Part shown: piece after piece, positions 20,861-29,986 of the stretch | How the letters are laid out: each line of letters opens with the position of its first letter | Numbering within the stretch: position 1 is the stretch's first letter | Assembly: GCA_020724585.1 (NCBI GenBank) | Contig: DYGS01000001.1 | Coordinates: forward strand, 358,002 to 422,001 | Length of the DNA: 64,000 nucleotides | Origin: Candidatus Microgenomatus sp. | GTDB lineage: Bacteria > Patescibacteriota > Microgenomatia > UBA8517 | Reading direction: 5' to 3' | Notes under the pieces: generated by a model | What the model was told of the DNA's origin: nothing | The model's database searches: none | Seen by the model: the letters and a program-made list of their open reading frames with translations, nothing else | Translations under genes and position numbers: made by a program

Positions 20861-21082
20861 ATGAAGCATATGAATATGAATATAGAAAAAAGACTTGAAC
20901 CGGTAAGGATTCCTGAGGGTGACGATGAAGAGGAACGGTTTACGGCTTTTCAATTGATTAAGATGGGGATTGCCACTGGGGATGAATTTACAAGACAAAT
21001 GGGACAAGCAAGATTAAGATTTCTTGAGGGGAGGCCGACAATAGAAGATTTAGAATTGCTAGAAAAAATTGATCCAGAATAG
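20861..21082 (+). CDS. Small acidic hypothetical protein
   Basis: 73-aa ORF with protein-like composition. Confidence 0.55.
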   Translation: MKHMNMNIEKRLEPVRIPEGDDEEERFTAFQLIKMGIATGDEFTRQMGQARLRFLEGRPTIEDLELLEKIDPE

Positions 21083-21113
21083 ACAAAGGTTTGCTAACTG
21101 GTATGATCCCCAC

Positions 21114-21202
21114 ATGTCATCGCGACCGCGAGCGAAGCGTGGCGGGTGGCGATCTTTTAGTTTTTAGATTGCTTCTCCCGCATTGCGGGATCGCAATGAC
21201 AT
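21114..21202. repeat. Full palindromic RPE/REP-like element, intergenic between convergent genes
   Basis: ATGTCATCGCGA...GCGATCT-loop-AGATTGC...TCGCAATGACAT nested inverted repeats. Confidence 0.85.
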
Positions 21203-21234
21203 TTAATTAATTAAACTTTAATTAACCTATTAAT

Positions 21235-21915
21235 TTAATATCCTGTAAATTTCTCAGTTTTTACATTGTCTTCTGGGATTTTTAATTCTTCTAAGATATT
21301 TTCCATGGCAGTAACAAAACCAGGGGGGCCGACAAGCCAAAAAAAACACGCATCAAGTGTCAAGTTCCAAGTATTAAGATAATTACTTATTTTGAGTTTA
21401 TCGACTCTACCATCAACTGAAGTATTTACATACTCAATTTTTAATAAATTATTTCCTTTTTGCCAAGCGTCAAGCTCGTTTTTAAAAACAAATTCATTAT
21501 CGGAATTTGAATAAATTAAGTACATGGGAATATTTAGCTTCAGATCCAAATTATATTTAATCATTGATCTAAATGGTGTAATTCCAATCCCTCCAGCTAA
21601 GAAAACATGATAGGCAGTAGGCACTAGATAATTAGAATCTAGGACAAAAGTGCCGAAGGGAAGACGGGCTTCAATTTTACTTCCTATTTCTAATCTATTT
21701 AAATTTTGTTTAAATTCTGAACCCTCCCTTATTCTTGTTGTAATTTGAATAAATTCTTCAGTGGGGGAACTGGCAATTGTAAATTGCTTTGTAATTTCAC
21801 CAATTGTTAAGTAAGCATACTGTCCAGCTTGCCAAGTTACTTTTTCGGAAGGTAAAAAAAAGAAACTAACAGTATCTTTAGCTTCTGTAATTTTTCTGAC
21901 CAGTTGAAGTTTCAT
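21235..21915 (-). CDS. FAD/NAD(P)-binding oxidoreductase (ferredoxin reductase-like)
   Basis: AGQY, FTIASSP, LAGGIGITPFRSM, GPPGF and EKFTGY motifs. Confidence 0.92.
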   Translation of the reverse strand: MKLQLVRKITEAKDTVSFFFLPSEKVTWQAGQYAYLTIGEITKQFTIASSPTEEFIQITTRIREGSEFKQNLNRLEIGSKIEARLPFGTFVLDSNYLVPTAYHVFLAGGIGITPFRSMIKYNLDLKLNIPMYLIYSNSDNEFVFKNELDAWQKGNNLLKIEYVNTSVDGRVDKLKISNYLNTWNLTLDACFFWLVGPPGFVTAMENILEELKIPEDNVKTEKFTGY

Positions 21916-21953
21916 ACTTGAAAATTGTAGATTGGTTATTGTATATTGTCCAT

Positions 21954-22133
21954 ATGTGTTTTAATTGTGGTTGTGGAATTACAGATGACAATATGGGTAA
22001 GCCTGATATGACAGGAGCTTCCTTGACTGACAAATCATTTGAAGAAATGGCCAAAGCATGGAATATGACTGTGGAAGAAGCTCAAAAAGAAGTCTATAAA
22101 GTTTTGAAGAAAAAACTTGATAAAAACGCTTAA
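21954..22133 (+). CDS. Small protein with N-terminal CxxCGC motif
   Basis: MCFNCGC...DDNMG, with TATATT just upstream of the ATG. Confidence 0.65.
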   Translation: MCFNCGCGITDDNMGKPDMTGASLTDKSFEEMAKAWNMTVEEAQKEVYKVLKKKLDKNA

Positions 22134-22249
22134 CTTTTATCTTCGCTTTTGATAAGACCCCAATGATATTTATATAGAGGAATTCCAACTAGTAACATTG
22201 CAAGGCTTTCTGCCACTTCTCTTTGTCTTTGTCGAGTATTTTCTTTTTG

Positions 22250-22322
22250 AGCCTACGGTCAGCTACGATCTGACGACCTGCGGTTTACGATACCGCCGCT
22301 CTACCAACTGAGCTACGTAGGC
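22250..22322 (-). tRNA. tRNA-Thr(CGT)
   Basis: Acceptor GCCTACG/CGTAGGC, anticodon arm GCGGT-atCGTaa-ACCGC, atypical T-loop ATCGTAG. Confidence 0.9.
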
Positions 22323-22355
22323 TTAATCTTGTAGCGAAGTTGGCCAAGCTATGCT

Positions 22356-22377
22356 TACCAACTGAGCTACGTAGGCT
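22356..22377 (-). repeat. 22-bp duplicate of the tRNA-Thr 5' end
   Basis: TACCAACTGAGCTACGTAGGCT occurs at 22302-22323 and at 22356-22377. Confidence 0.9.
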
Positions 22378-22388
22378 GGCTCCTTATG

Positions 22389-22460
22389 AGCGGCGGACGG
22401 GATTTGCGCCCGCGACCTTCTCCTTGGGAAGGAGACATTCTACTACTGAACTACCGCCGC
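22389..22460 (-). tRNA. tRNA-Gly(CCC)
   Basis: Acceptor GCGGCGG/CCGCCGC, anticodon arm TCTCC-ttCCCaa-GGAGA, atypical T-loop CGCAAAT. Confidence 0.9.
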
Positions 22461-22517
22461 GAATACCACAGCACAAGAAAACTAACCAATTATAACATTT
22501 TGCGGGTAGGTGAGCGT

Positions 22518-23069
22518 CTATCTTGGAATTGTTAAGATATTTCCAGAATGGATCAGGTCGGGGTTTGTAAGTTTATTTATTTTTGCAATTTCTACCCATT
22601 TATATCCATCTCCATAACTTCTGACTGCAATATCCCACAAAGAATCTCCCTTTTGTACTGTGTAGGTGTTTCCTTGGATTGAGTCAGTTTCAGTGTTTGC
22701 ACCGGCAACCTCCTCTTTGCCTAATTCTGGAATTGTCAATTTTTGTCCAACTTCAATTTGGCTTGCATTGGAAAGCTTATTTTCTGTTGCAATATCAATC
22801 CATTTAAATCCATCTCCATAGTAGTTTTCTGCAATTTTCCAAAGCGAATCACCTGTTTTAACTTCATATGAATTTAGGGCTGTTTCTTCTTCTTGCTGCG
22901 TGCTAGTTCCTGTTAAGAGTTCTGTTGGTATACTGCTTTTGGTATTTTTGATGTATCTAAAAGCTAGGCTAGAAACTGCAATTACAACAATTAACCCCAA
23001 GACGAAAGAAATTGAAGATTCATTAAGTTTAATTGTTTTCAATAATTTTTTGATGTCCAATTTAATCAC
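22518..23069 (-). CDS. Membrane-anchored protein with two LysM domains
   Basis: YEVKTGDSLWKIA and YTVQKGDSLWDIA repeats after a TM helix. Confidence 0.93.
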   Translation of the reverse strand: MIKLDIKKLLKTIKLNESSISFVLGLIVVIAVSSLAFRYIKNTKSSIPTELLTGTSTQQEEETALNSYEVKTGDSLWKIAENYYGDGFKWIDIATENKLSNASQIEVGQKLTIPELGKEEVAGANTETDSIQGNTYTVQKGDSLWDIAVRSYGDGYKWVEIAKINKLTNPDLIHSGNILTIPR

Positions 23070-23173
23070 CCCTTTTTCCTCAGGGCAGAAGATAACTTAC
23101 CTGAAATTTATAGCAGATATTAATTATCTGTCAAGAGAGAGGTTGGTATAATTTAAACAATATTTAGAAATAC

Positions 23174-23935
23174 TTATATAAAATCCATAATGTATTTCTT
23201 AATAATATTCAAGTTGCTTTTGATTTTACCATCTCTTAGGAAAGCCTGTGGTAATTTATTGTCTTCAATGTATATCCCCTTATTAATATCTGGTGTTCTG
23301 ATATAAAAAGACCTAACCATATCATTGTTTAGACGCGAATGGCCTTCTGGATAATCAAAACCTCTATCTATTCCATATTTGCCATCTATACAGTTTCTAA
23401 GCGTAAAATTAATTACATGTACTTTTACATCATGTCTAACACCCTTAAGAAGTGAACTAAAAGTCTTCTTATCCACAGGATATTTTTGATTACCGTCCCA
23501 AGTTTGACCAAGAGGCAATGTCAGATCTCTTAATAGGTAATCCGTAGGATCAAGCAAAACTACATTTTTTATACCTAAATCCTCCTTATTAACAACCACA
23601 AGTACAGCACTAATGGCACCGCCGCTTGTTGCAACTAAGTTTATTTCTTTAATTTTTATAATTTCTCTGATTTTTGAGATGATCTCTACAAGATTTAATA
23701 GCTGTGTTTTTGGAGCAGGAAACCGCATGTCTGTCTCCATTTGTTCAAACGAGATTGCTGCTATATTTGAGTCTTGAATTTCATTAAATAAAAACTTAGC
23801 TAGCGGCCTCAATTTTAATCTATTACCACCATCGCCGTCGATCAAGACCATTAATTTCTCACATCTACCCCTTTTCAGGTATAGATCAAATGCAGCAGAA
23901 CTTTTATTTGAGGTATCAAGAAAAAATGTTTTCAT
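23174..23935 (-). CDS. Alpha/beta hydrolase-fold-like protein
   Basis: ATSGG nucleophile elbow and LLDP motif. Start at 23935 follows TATAAT. Confidence 0.6.
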   Translation of the reverse strand: MKTFFLDTSNKSSAAFDLYLKRGRCEKLMVLIDGDGGNRLKLRPLAKFLFNEIQDSNIAAISFEQMETDMRFPAPKTQLLNLVEIISKIREIIKIKEINLVATSGGAISAVLVVVNKEDLGIKNVVLLDPTDYLLRDLTLPLGQTWDGNQKYPVDKKTFSSLLKGVRHDVKVHVINFTLRNCIDGKYGIDRGFDYPEGHSRLNNDMVRSFYIRTPDINKGIYIEDNKLPQAFLRDGKIKSNLNIIKKYIMDFI

Positions 23936-24096
23936 TAAAAAAATTATACCAAAACTTCTAATCTCGTCACGGGGTATATCCAATTTAATATAGTTATTGA
24001 AACTAGCTTTCAATGCGGGCGTTGGTAGACTACTTATACAACTTTTATTCTCCAAAATAATTTGCTTTTTCAATCAACTTATCCTATAATAGTTAC

Positions 24097-24654
24097 ATGG
24101 ATTTACTTAAATTTAGTCCTGGCCCAAAAGAACAAATAGAAAAAGCTTCAAACAGACTCACACAAGATGATGCTGATAAATTTGCCGTAGATAAACCACT
24201 AAATGATGACTTCTTGATTTCCTTTACAGCTAGAACTATGCTTGAATTTGATGATGGAGATTTAGAACTTAGAATTTCGCTTACAAAATACAAGAAAAGT
24301 GGAGAGTTAACTCAAGAGATACTTTTACAAGAACCAGACGGTAAAAAGTTGTACAGATTAGACATAAGTTCAAGTCCTAAGAAAGATGAAGAGAAAGAAA
24401 AGATGTCTTCACTTGTTTCAGAAATTAAGGATCCGAAAGGGGCAAATGCACTTTCAAAAATGCTTTCTGACACCTTTGGGACTTCAGGTAATGTAACTGT
24501 TTCAAGAATAGACAATTGGGCAGAAACAAATATAACAACCGATAGTGCGAGAAAATTGATCGAAGTTGGAACTCCAAAGTTACCCAGCAATACAAGATTA
24601 ACTCTTCATGAGTTTAGACAACAAATGGGGACAGATTTCCCCCAACTAAACTAA
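24097..24654 (+). CDS. Hypothetical protein
   Basis: 185-aa ORF with TATAAT 6 nt before the ATG. Confidence 0.7.
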   Translation: MDLLKFSPGPKEQIEKASNRLTQDDADKFAVDKPLNDDFLISFTARTMLEFDDGDLELRISLTKYKKSGELTQEILLQEPDGKKLYRLDISSSPKKDEEKEKMSSLVSEIKDPKGANALSKMLSDTFGTSGNVTVSRIDNWAETNITTDSARKLIEVGTPKLPSNTRLTLHEFRQQMGTDFPQLN

Positions 24655-24711
24655 GCAAAGCTAAATTTCTGTAATTGACGAAATACTAGTTAGTCGCTTG
24701 AATAATCTAAT

Positions 24712-25287
24712 TTAGTGTAGTTCATCAGCGAGTATTTCAAAATCAATTTGATACTCACCATGTAATCCATCTGAGCTGTTAACTACGAACGTCACTACGT
24801 CATTGTTGGTTGTATTTTTAATATAGAATTTATTGATGTAGCAATCTCCCACGCCGACTAGTGGAAAATCTTTGAGAATTTCAATTAAAAGTCTTATAAA
24901 AATCCTCCAGTTTCTTGAGTTGAGCAAATCAGATTCAAGTTTGTAGTTTAGACAAAATTTTTCAAGATCTTTTTTTAAATCTAAAAATAGCGTGATGTTT
25001 TTCATTAACTCAAACGGGTCTCGTTTGTTATTACTCTTAATTAAATACCTTGCGTATTCATCTAGTTTTCTTCTTGCACCTGTTCCATTTAAATGGTTGT
25101 GCAATATCCAGTCATTAAACAATGATAAAGTTGGATATTCCATCTCCCATATTTTTCTATCATTCTTGAATGTGTGTTCCAAGAATTTTCTAATCTGTCC
25201 CATTATATAAAATGTCTCTGACTCCAAACTAATACCACTTTGTATAAGAGTGTTAAGCTTACTGATTATTCTTGATTCTGTACTCAT
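24712..25287 (-). CDS. Hypothetical cargo protein
   Basis: Starts 7 nt downstream of the HExxH gene, likely co-transcribed. Contains the motif FNDWILH. Confidence 0.7.
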   Translation of the reverse strand: MSTESRIISKLNTLIQSGISLESETFYIMGQIRKFLEHTFKNDRKIWEMEYPTLSLFNDWILHNHLNGTGARRKLDEYARYLIKSNNKRDPFELMKNITLFLDLKKDLEKFCLNYKLESDLLNSRNWRIFIRLLIEILKDFPLVGVGDCYINKFYIKNTTNNDVVTFVVNSSDGLHGEYQIDFEILADELH

Positions 25288-25294
25288 TGAAATT

Positions 25295-26782
25295 TTATTT
25301 CCTATAAACAACATATTCTTTATTTATCATGGTTTCATACCAATCAACATCCCAATCTAAGCCCATCCATATTGATAACAAGTTGTTTAAATGTTTGCGA
25401 AAATTATTTATCAAATTAGGTTTTGTTTTAATTAGATTCACATTATAATCACGTATAAAATCCTCAATATCTTTATTGCCAAATGTGTTGACAAAATGTA
25501 TTACATCACTAACATTTAAAACTAAGGAGTGAAACGGGTGATTTTCCGATGCATTTAAAACAACGTAATCTGCTTTATTATTTTTATTAAACCAAGATTT
25601 AAATTTATTTCTCAGGTCCTGAACTGTATTGTAGATAACTACATCTGGTTTTCTTGAATTGGGGAAGTAATTCAAATCTTTTGATTCAATATCATAAAGA
25701 CCCCACTTCACTATTAAAGTTTTCCCGTTAAATTCATTTTTTAAGAGTCTTGACAACTCAACAGTATCAAGGCCAATTAGATATTTCTCACAGGTTCTAG
25801 TAAAAGCTAAAAAGCCTACCTCGTATTTTTTGTTTAGTAAGTTTTCTACTCTACTTTTGTAGTCCCAATCATCACTAAGTCTAGTTACAAATACCGCTTC
25901 TGTTACATCTGAATAATTGATAATATCGTCTATTTCCCAAAGCGCAATGCTTGATTCAACTATATTCAGATTCATATTTGCTATAAATGTATTATTACTT
26001 GCTTGTTGAATTACTAAACCCCCTTGCGGAGCGTCTTTAATGTCATCTTCTGTAAAATAATAGTGTTTGTTTTTGGTTAAATCATGCATATAATTTAGGA
26101 AGTTGGCAACATCACGTTTTGTTACATCTGGAAAAAATTTAATACCAGAACGATCGGCTATTTCACGGACATCTTTCGTTACAAGAAATTGATTATAATG
26201 CAACAAATCTATAAGTTTCATAAAACGTTTGTCAGGGTTATTATCCTCATTATCTAAATACGAAATGAAGTTATTTGGTTTTTTAAATAAATCATATTCT
26301 ACAATGGCCTTTCTGATACCAGTATGCATAGCAAGATGAGAGATCTTTTTAGTAAATTCTTCTCTATATCGTTTTCCCATGTCCATTACAAACATAAGTT
26401 TTTTAAGCCTATCTAAATAATCATAAGGTAAGTGTTCGAATGCCCAAATTATTGATCTTTCTTTACCAACATAAGATCTATGCATAAGCATTTCCATCAA
26501 CGAAGCGCTACCTTCTTGAACAAAAAGTTGAGATTCGTACAATTTCTCATATATTTTGCGTTTATCAACTTCATCAATACTGGCAATGTGTGGTAGAAGT
26601 GAGTGGATTGTCTGTGTTGCAAGTCCAAAATCAGTGTTACTTCCCAAAACACTATGTGTTATCTCGTGAACATAAGTGATTTTTGCTATAACGGGATCAA
26701 GAAACAAACTCTTGTAATCCAAGCCAATCCACCTTTCTGTAGTGTTATAACGACCCGAAATACTATGCCAAAAACTTTGCAT
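25295..26782 (-). CDS. Hypothetical protein with N-terminal HExxH metallopeptidase-like motif
   Basis: YVHEITH followed by VQEGSA (gluzincin-like spacing). Confidence 0.75.
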   Translation of the reverse strand: MQSFWHSISGRYNTTERWIGLDYKSLFLDPVIAKITYVHEITHSVLGSNTDFGLATQTIHSLLPHIASIDEVDKRKIYEKLYESQLFVQEGSASLMEMLMHRSYVGKERSIIWAFEHLPYDYLDRLKKLMFVMDMGKRYREEFTKKISHLAMHTGIRKAIVEYDLFKKPNNFISYLDNEDNNPDKRFMKLIDLLHYNQFLVTKDVREIADRSGIKFFPDVTKRDVANFLNYMHDLTKNKHYYFTEDDIKDAPQGGLVIQQASNNTFIANMNLNIVESSIALWEIDDIINYSDVTEAVFVTRLSDDWDYKSRVENLLNKKYEVGFLAFTRTCEKYLIGLDTVELSRLLKNEFNGKTLIVKWGLYDIESKDLNYFPNSRKPDVVIYNTVQDLRNKFKSWFNKNNKADYVVLNASENHPFHSLVLNVSDVIHFVNTFGNKDIEDFIRDYNVNLIKTKPNLINNFRKHLNNLLSIWMGLDWDVDWYETMINKEYVVYRK

Positions 26783-26844
26783 ATTTGAATTATAGTTTCG
26801 TTTTTTGATTTAACAAGTCATCCTATTTCAAATATAATATATGT

Positions 26845-27279
26845 ATGTCAACAATAAAACAAAAAATAGCAATTGCAAAATTAGTGGAAAATGGTGGAAA
26901 TGTAAATAAAGCTATGGTTTCTGCTGGGTATTCAAGGACAACAGCAAAAACACCTAAAAAACTAACAGAAAGCTTGGGATGGAAGGAATTGGTAGAAAAA
27001 TACCTTTCTGAGGAAAAATTGATGAAAACTCATTTATCTCTACTTAATAGTAGTAATTGGAGAGCAAGAGCTAACGCACTTGATAAAGCATATAAGATAC
27101 TAGGTAAATATATAAAACAGGTCAGATTTACAACATACGATGAGTTTGCAGACTTAACTGATGAAGAATTAGATATAAAGTTGGCTGAACTTGAAGAAAA
27201 AATAGCTAGGTTTAAAAAATATACAAAAGTAGACGATACGAATCTAGGAATTTCATCACTTAGTCTCAATAACCTTTAA
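26845..27279 (+). CDS. Terminase small subunit-like HTH protein
   Basis: KQK...GNVNKAMVSAGYS..TA N-terminal HTH, then ALDKAYKILGKY and DLTDEEL C-terminal motifs typical of TerS. Confidence 0.65.
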   Translation: MSTIKQKIAIAKLVENGGNVNKAMVSAGYSRTTAKTPKKLTESLGWKELVEKYLSEEKLMKTHLSLLNSSNWRARANALDKAYKILGKYIKQVRFTTYDEFADLTDEELDIKLAELEEKIARFKKYTKVDDTNLGISSLSLNNL

Positions 27280-27917
27280 GTATTCTTTTCTTTGCTCCCA
27301 AATTGGTTTTAGTTCATTGTTTTCATAGTAAAACCTAACTAATGTGAGTCCAATATCACAGCACTTATTTGTTTCTTCATTAAAAGTCGAATAATAAAGA
27401 TAAAATCCGTTTCCACTATTTGAAGGCGTAAAAGTAACACCGTGTAAATTTGTAGCTTCAAAAATTATATTATTTGAATGATCGATAATGAATATATTAT
27501 GAGGTGGATAATCTAGGTTATCTGAATAAATATAAATATCTTCGTAAACACCATCACCTGTTATGTCGAAGGAGTCGTGAGGATCGTCAATACCATACTC
27601 TGTAGAACCACCAAATGGTCTAGAAATTGTTTTATAGTCAAAAGGTGTATAAACCCTGTTGGCATGTCGGAAACTAATATATCTCGACTAATATAATAAC
27701 CTTTGTATTTGTAATCAGTCGTATCAAAATACTTGGATTTGATATGCCCCATCACACCATTTGTATTTTTGGTTAATCCATTTATATTAGGATTTGGTGG
27801 TTGATTGTAAACATAACTAACAGCATATCCGACTGAAAATATAATCAAGGTTAATGTGATCCTTCTAATAAGTAAGAAAACTCTAGTTTTAAATAGTGAT
27901 CTATTATTAAATTTCAT
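27256..27917 (-). pseudogene. Frameshifted membrane-anchored protein gene (single-base deletion or assembly error)
   Basis: The 118-aa ORF continues in the -1 frame for about 130 codons (VYTPFDY...FDITGDG...GNGFYL...KCC...PIWEQ) to a TGA at 27256. Total length is 662 nt, one short of 3n. Confidence 0.75.
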
Positions 27918-28216
27918 TTAAAAATTCTCGAAATTAAAAAGCCAGTAATGAATGTTATTGTGAATGCACTAAATAAATTTAAAACCAGCCAAATGATATT
28001 TGGATTTGCGCTTACTTTTGTGTTAAGCACGATTTCTTGTACTTGAACTAATCTTGTAAATCTAGAGAACGATTTGTAATTGAAAACAAACAAATGCAAT
28101 AGTGAAACTACACACCATAGCAAACAAAGTTTTATTAAAGAATAACCTTGAATAGTGCCGATCCCCACCCAAATTCCTCCAAATATGTTTGATACAATCA
28201 AATTAGATAAAAACAT
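27914..28216 (-). CDS. Small membrane protein (about 3 TM)
   Basis: Hydrophobic 100-aa ORF overlapping the next gene's start. Confidence 0.65.
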   Translation of the reverse strand: MFLSNLIVSNIFGGIWVGIGTIQGYSLIKLCLLWCVVSLLHLFVFNYKSFSRFTRLVQVQEIVLNTKVSANPNIIWLVLNLFSAFTITFITGFLISRIFK

Positions 28217-28219
28217 AAC

Positions 28220-28888
28220 TTATGGAACTACATCATAAAAAGCAGTTGTATATAGATCGTGAGAACCATAGCAGGAATATCCATCTCTATTATCAATAGA
28301 AACACTAATATATCTTTTCGTTCCTAAAATTACATTGGCAGTGTTAATGTCAATAAAGTTATCTTGAGACCAATCTTTAGATGTAATTGAACGTTGGTCG
28401 GTATTTTCAATACCCAAAGAGTCAAATCTGTAATACAATGGCAATCCTTTTGGATCCTCTGCTGTAACCGTTAATCTTAAACTACTAATTTCACCTCTTT
28501 TAAACAAGCCATTTATATCATTACTATTATTACCAAGACTGTCCTGAACCCTAATTATTTTTGGACAATGCATGTCGTTATAGCTTGGTGTAGGTGTAGG
28601 TTTTGGTGTTGAAATCATAATAGATGTGATATTTGGTATTTCAGTTGCTTTTCTTGATGATGGCGGTGTAATGGATGGATAAATTGGTGTGGGTATATCT
28701 GAATTTTTAACAACTGCATTTTCCGTAGGCTTAATACTGTTTGCAACTACTATTTCTTTTGGTAAAGAATTTAGTTGTGCTATATCATTATCTTGTGCAA
28801 TACCAAGTACAGAAGAAACAGTAAGTAAAAAGCCACTAATTAGTAGTTTTGTGTGTAAAACGAGCTTCGCCAATATAAGTTTTATCAT
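28220..28888 (-). CDS. Secreted protein with P/T linker and Ig-like domain
   Basis: Signal-like N-terminus, PKPTPTP linker and VTAEDPKG..LYYRF. Confidence 0.7.
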   Translation of the reverse strand: MIKLILAKLVLHTKLLISGFLLTVSSVLGIAQDNDIAQLNSLPKEIVVANSIKPTENAVVKNSDIPTPIYPSITPPSSRKATEIPNITSIMISTPKPTPTPSYNDMHCPKIIRVQDSLGNNSNDINGLFKRGEISSLRLTVTAEDPKGLPLYYRFDSLGIENTDQRSITSKDWSQDNFIDINTANVILGTKRYISVSIDNRDGYSCYGSHDLYTTAFYDVVP

Positions 28889-29021
28889 AAAAAAGCTCCC
28901 AGCCAGCGATAGCTTGCGCTACCCATATTCTTTCGAATACGACCGTTCAAGGATGCTCTGACTAGGAGCTTATTTCCTTGAACGGATTTTTATAAGCCAT
29001 GCCCAAGATTGGGTTTAGGCC
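28889..29021 (-). ncRNA. Candidate structured cis-regulatory RNA (pseudoknot or alternative-stem leader)
   Basis: An 11-bp perfect stem, an interleaved 14-bp stem with G-U pairs, and two GNRA-capped hairpins. The GGGAG before the ATG is sequestered. Confidence 0.65.
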
Positions 29022-29092
29022 ATTAACTGTCTATAATTTATCACGTTAATTGAATAAATATCAACATCTGGTATTATTTTGTATATATTAAA

Positions 29093-29749
29093 ATGAAGAT
29101 TGATCCAAGCAGTGAGTATGATAGGCTTCTCTATGAAGCAATGAAAGTTATTGATTTTCAACTTCGAGCCTATAACCAAAATCAAATATATTTTACAATT
29201 CAAACTAAACCCTTTAATAAAGATTTATATGCAACTCAAATTGTTTTAGATCGTCTTATGAAATTAGGATTTGTCGTATATGGAAAAAAGGACGATGTTA
29301 TCGATGACGTTCAAATTTGTGAAAATGATCATTATTATGCAATAGGTATAAAAATGACTGTTATAGATATTCATCTATTTGATCGCATATACGCAAAATA
29401 TAAAAGCATTTTCCAAAATAACGGTAAAGATAAACTAGTTATCAGTCGAAAAGGAAAAGCTACTTTTATGTCAGAAGGGATTACATATACTGGTTCACTT
29501 AAACCTAAAAGTAATTTATATCAGGCGTTATTAAAGTTAGCAGAAGATAATACTATATTCACTACAGCAGATGAATTAAATAAATCAATGACAAAGACAA
29601 AAATTAACAACAATTCGAGTGATCCAATCGAAAGGGCAAGACAGGTGATCAAGAATATAAAAAGGAAACTGGGTTACAAAGGCAAAAGGTTAATAAAGTC
29701 AAGCTATGACCAGTTTAAACTACTTCCAACAGTCGAAATAGTTAGTTAG
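29093..29749 (+). CDS. Hypothetical regulator with probable C-terminal winged-helix domain
   Basis: LYQALLKLAE...ADEL...RQVIKNIKRKLG...LIKS...FKL resembles an OmpR-type wHTH. Confidence 0.6.
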   Translation: MKIDPSSEYDRLLYEAMKVIDFQLRAYNQNQIYFTIQTKPFNKDLYATQIVLDRLMKLGFVVYGKKDDVIDDVQICENDHYYAIGIKMTVIDIHLFDRIYAKYKSIFQNNGKDKLVISRKGKATFMSEGITYTGSLKPKSNLYQALLKLAEDNTIFTTADELNKSMTKTKINNNSSDPIERARQVIKNIKRKLGYKGKRLIKSSYDQFKLLPTVEIVS

Positions 29750-29833
29750 CTTCAAGTTTACACAAAGCTGCTATTTTTTTAGCCTCAACTTTTACATTTT
29801 AATTACCATACAGTTTATAGAAAATATATTTAT

Positions 29834-29986
29834 ATGAACTGGTTAAATGAAAATTTAAAAAATGAAATTAAAAAAGTTTTTGAGCCAAGATATGATAGGA
29901 AACTTAACAATGTTGAAGTAGAAAACATTGCACGTAGTCTAGTTTTCATAGTAGAGAGATATATAAAAAATAAAAAATGGAAATAG
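29834..29986 (+). CDS. Small 50-aa element protein (absent from ORF track)
   Basis: MNWLNENLKNEIKKVFEPRYDRKLNNVEVENIARSL..., overlapping the next gene's start. Confidence 0.65.
   Translation: MNWLNENLKNEIKKVFEPRYDRKLNNVEVENIARSLVFIVERYIKNKKWK

Noticed and set aside
24600-24720. Long direct repeat of the tRNA-Asp 3' end as att site
   Set aside because: None found by eye. This is expected for a serine recombinase with a very short core. The shared GTTAGTC 7-mer alone is too short to use.
27650-27657. Programmed -1 frameshift at GGGTTTA
   Set aside because: Codons are phased GGG TTT ATA, not X XXY YYZ, so a deletion or assembly error is more likely.
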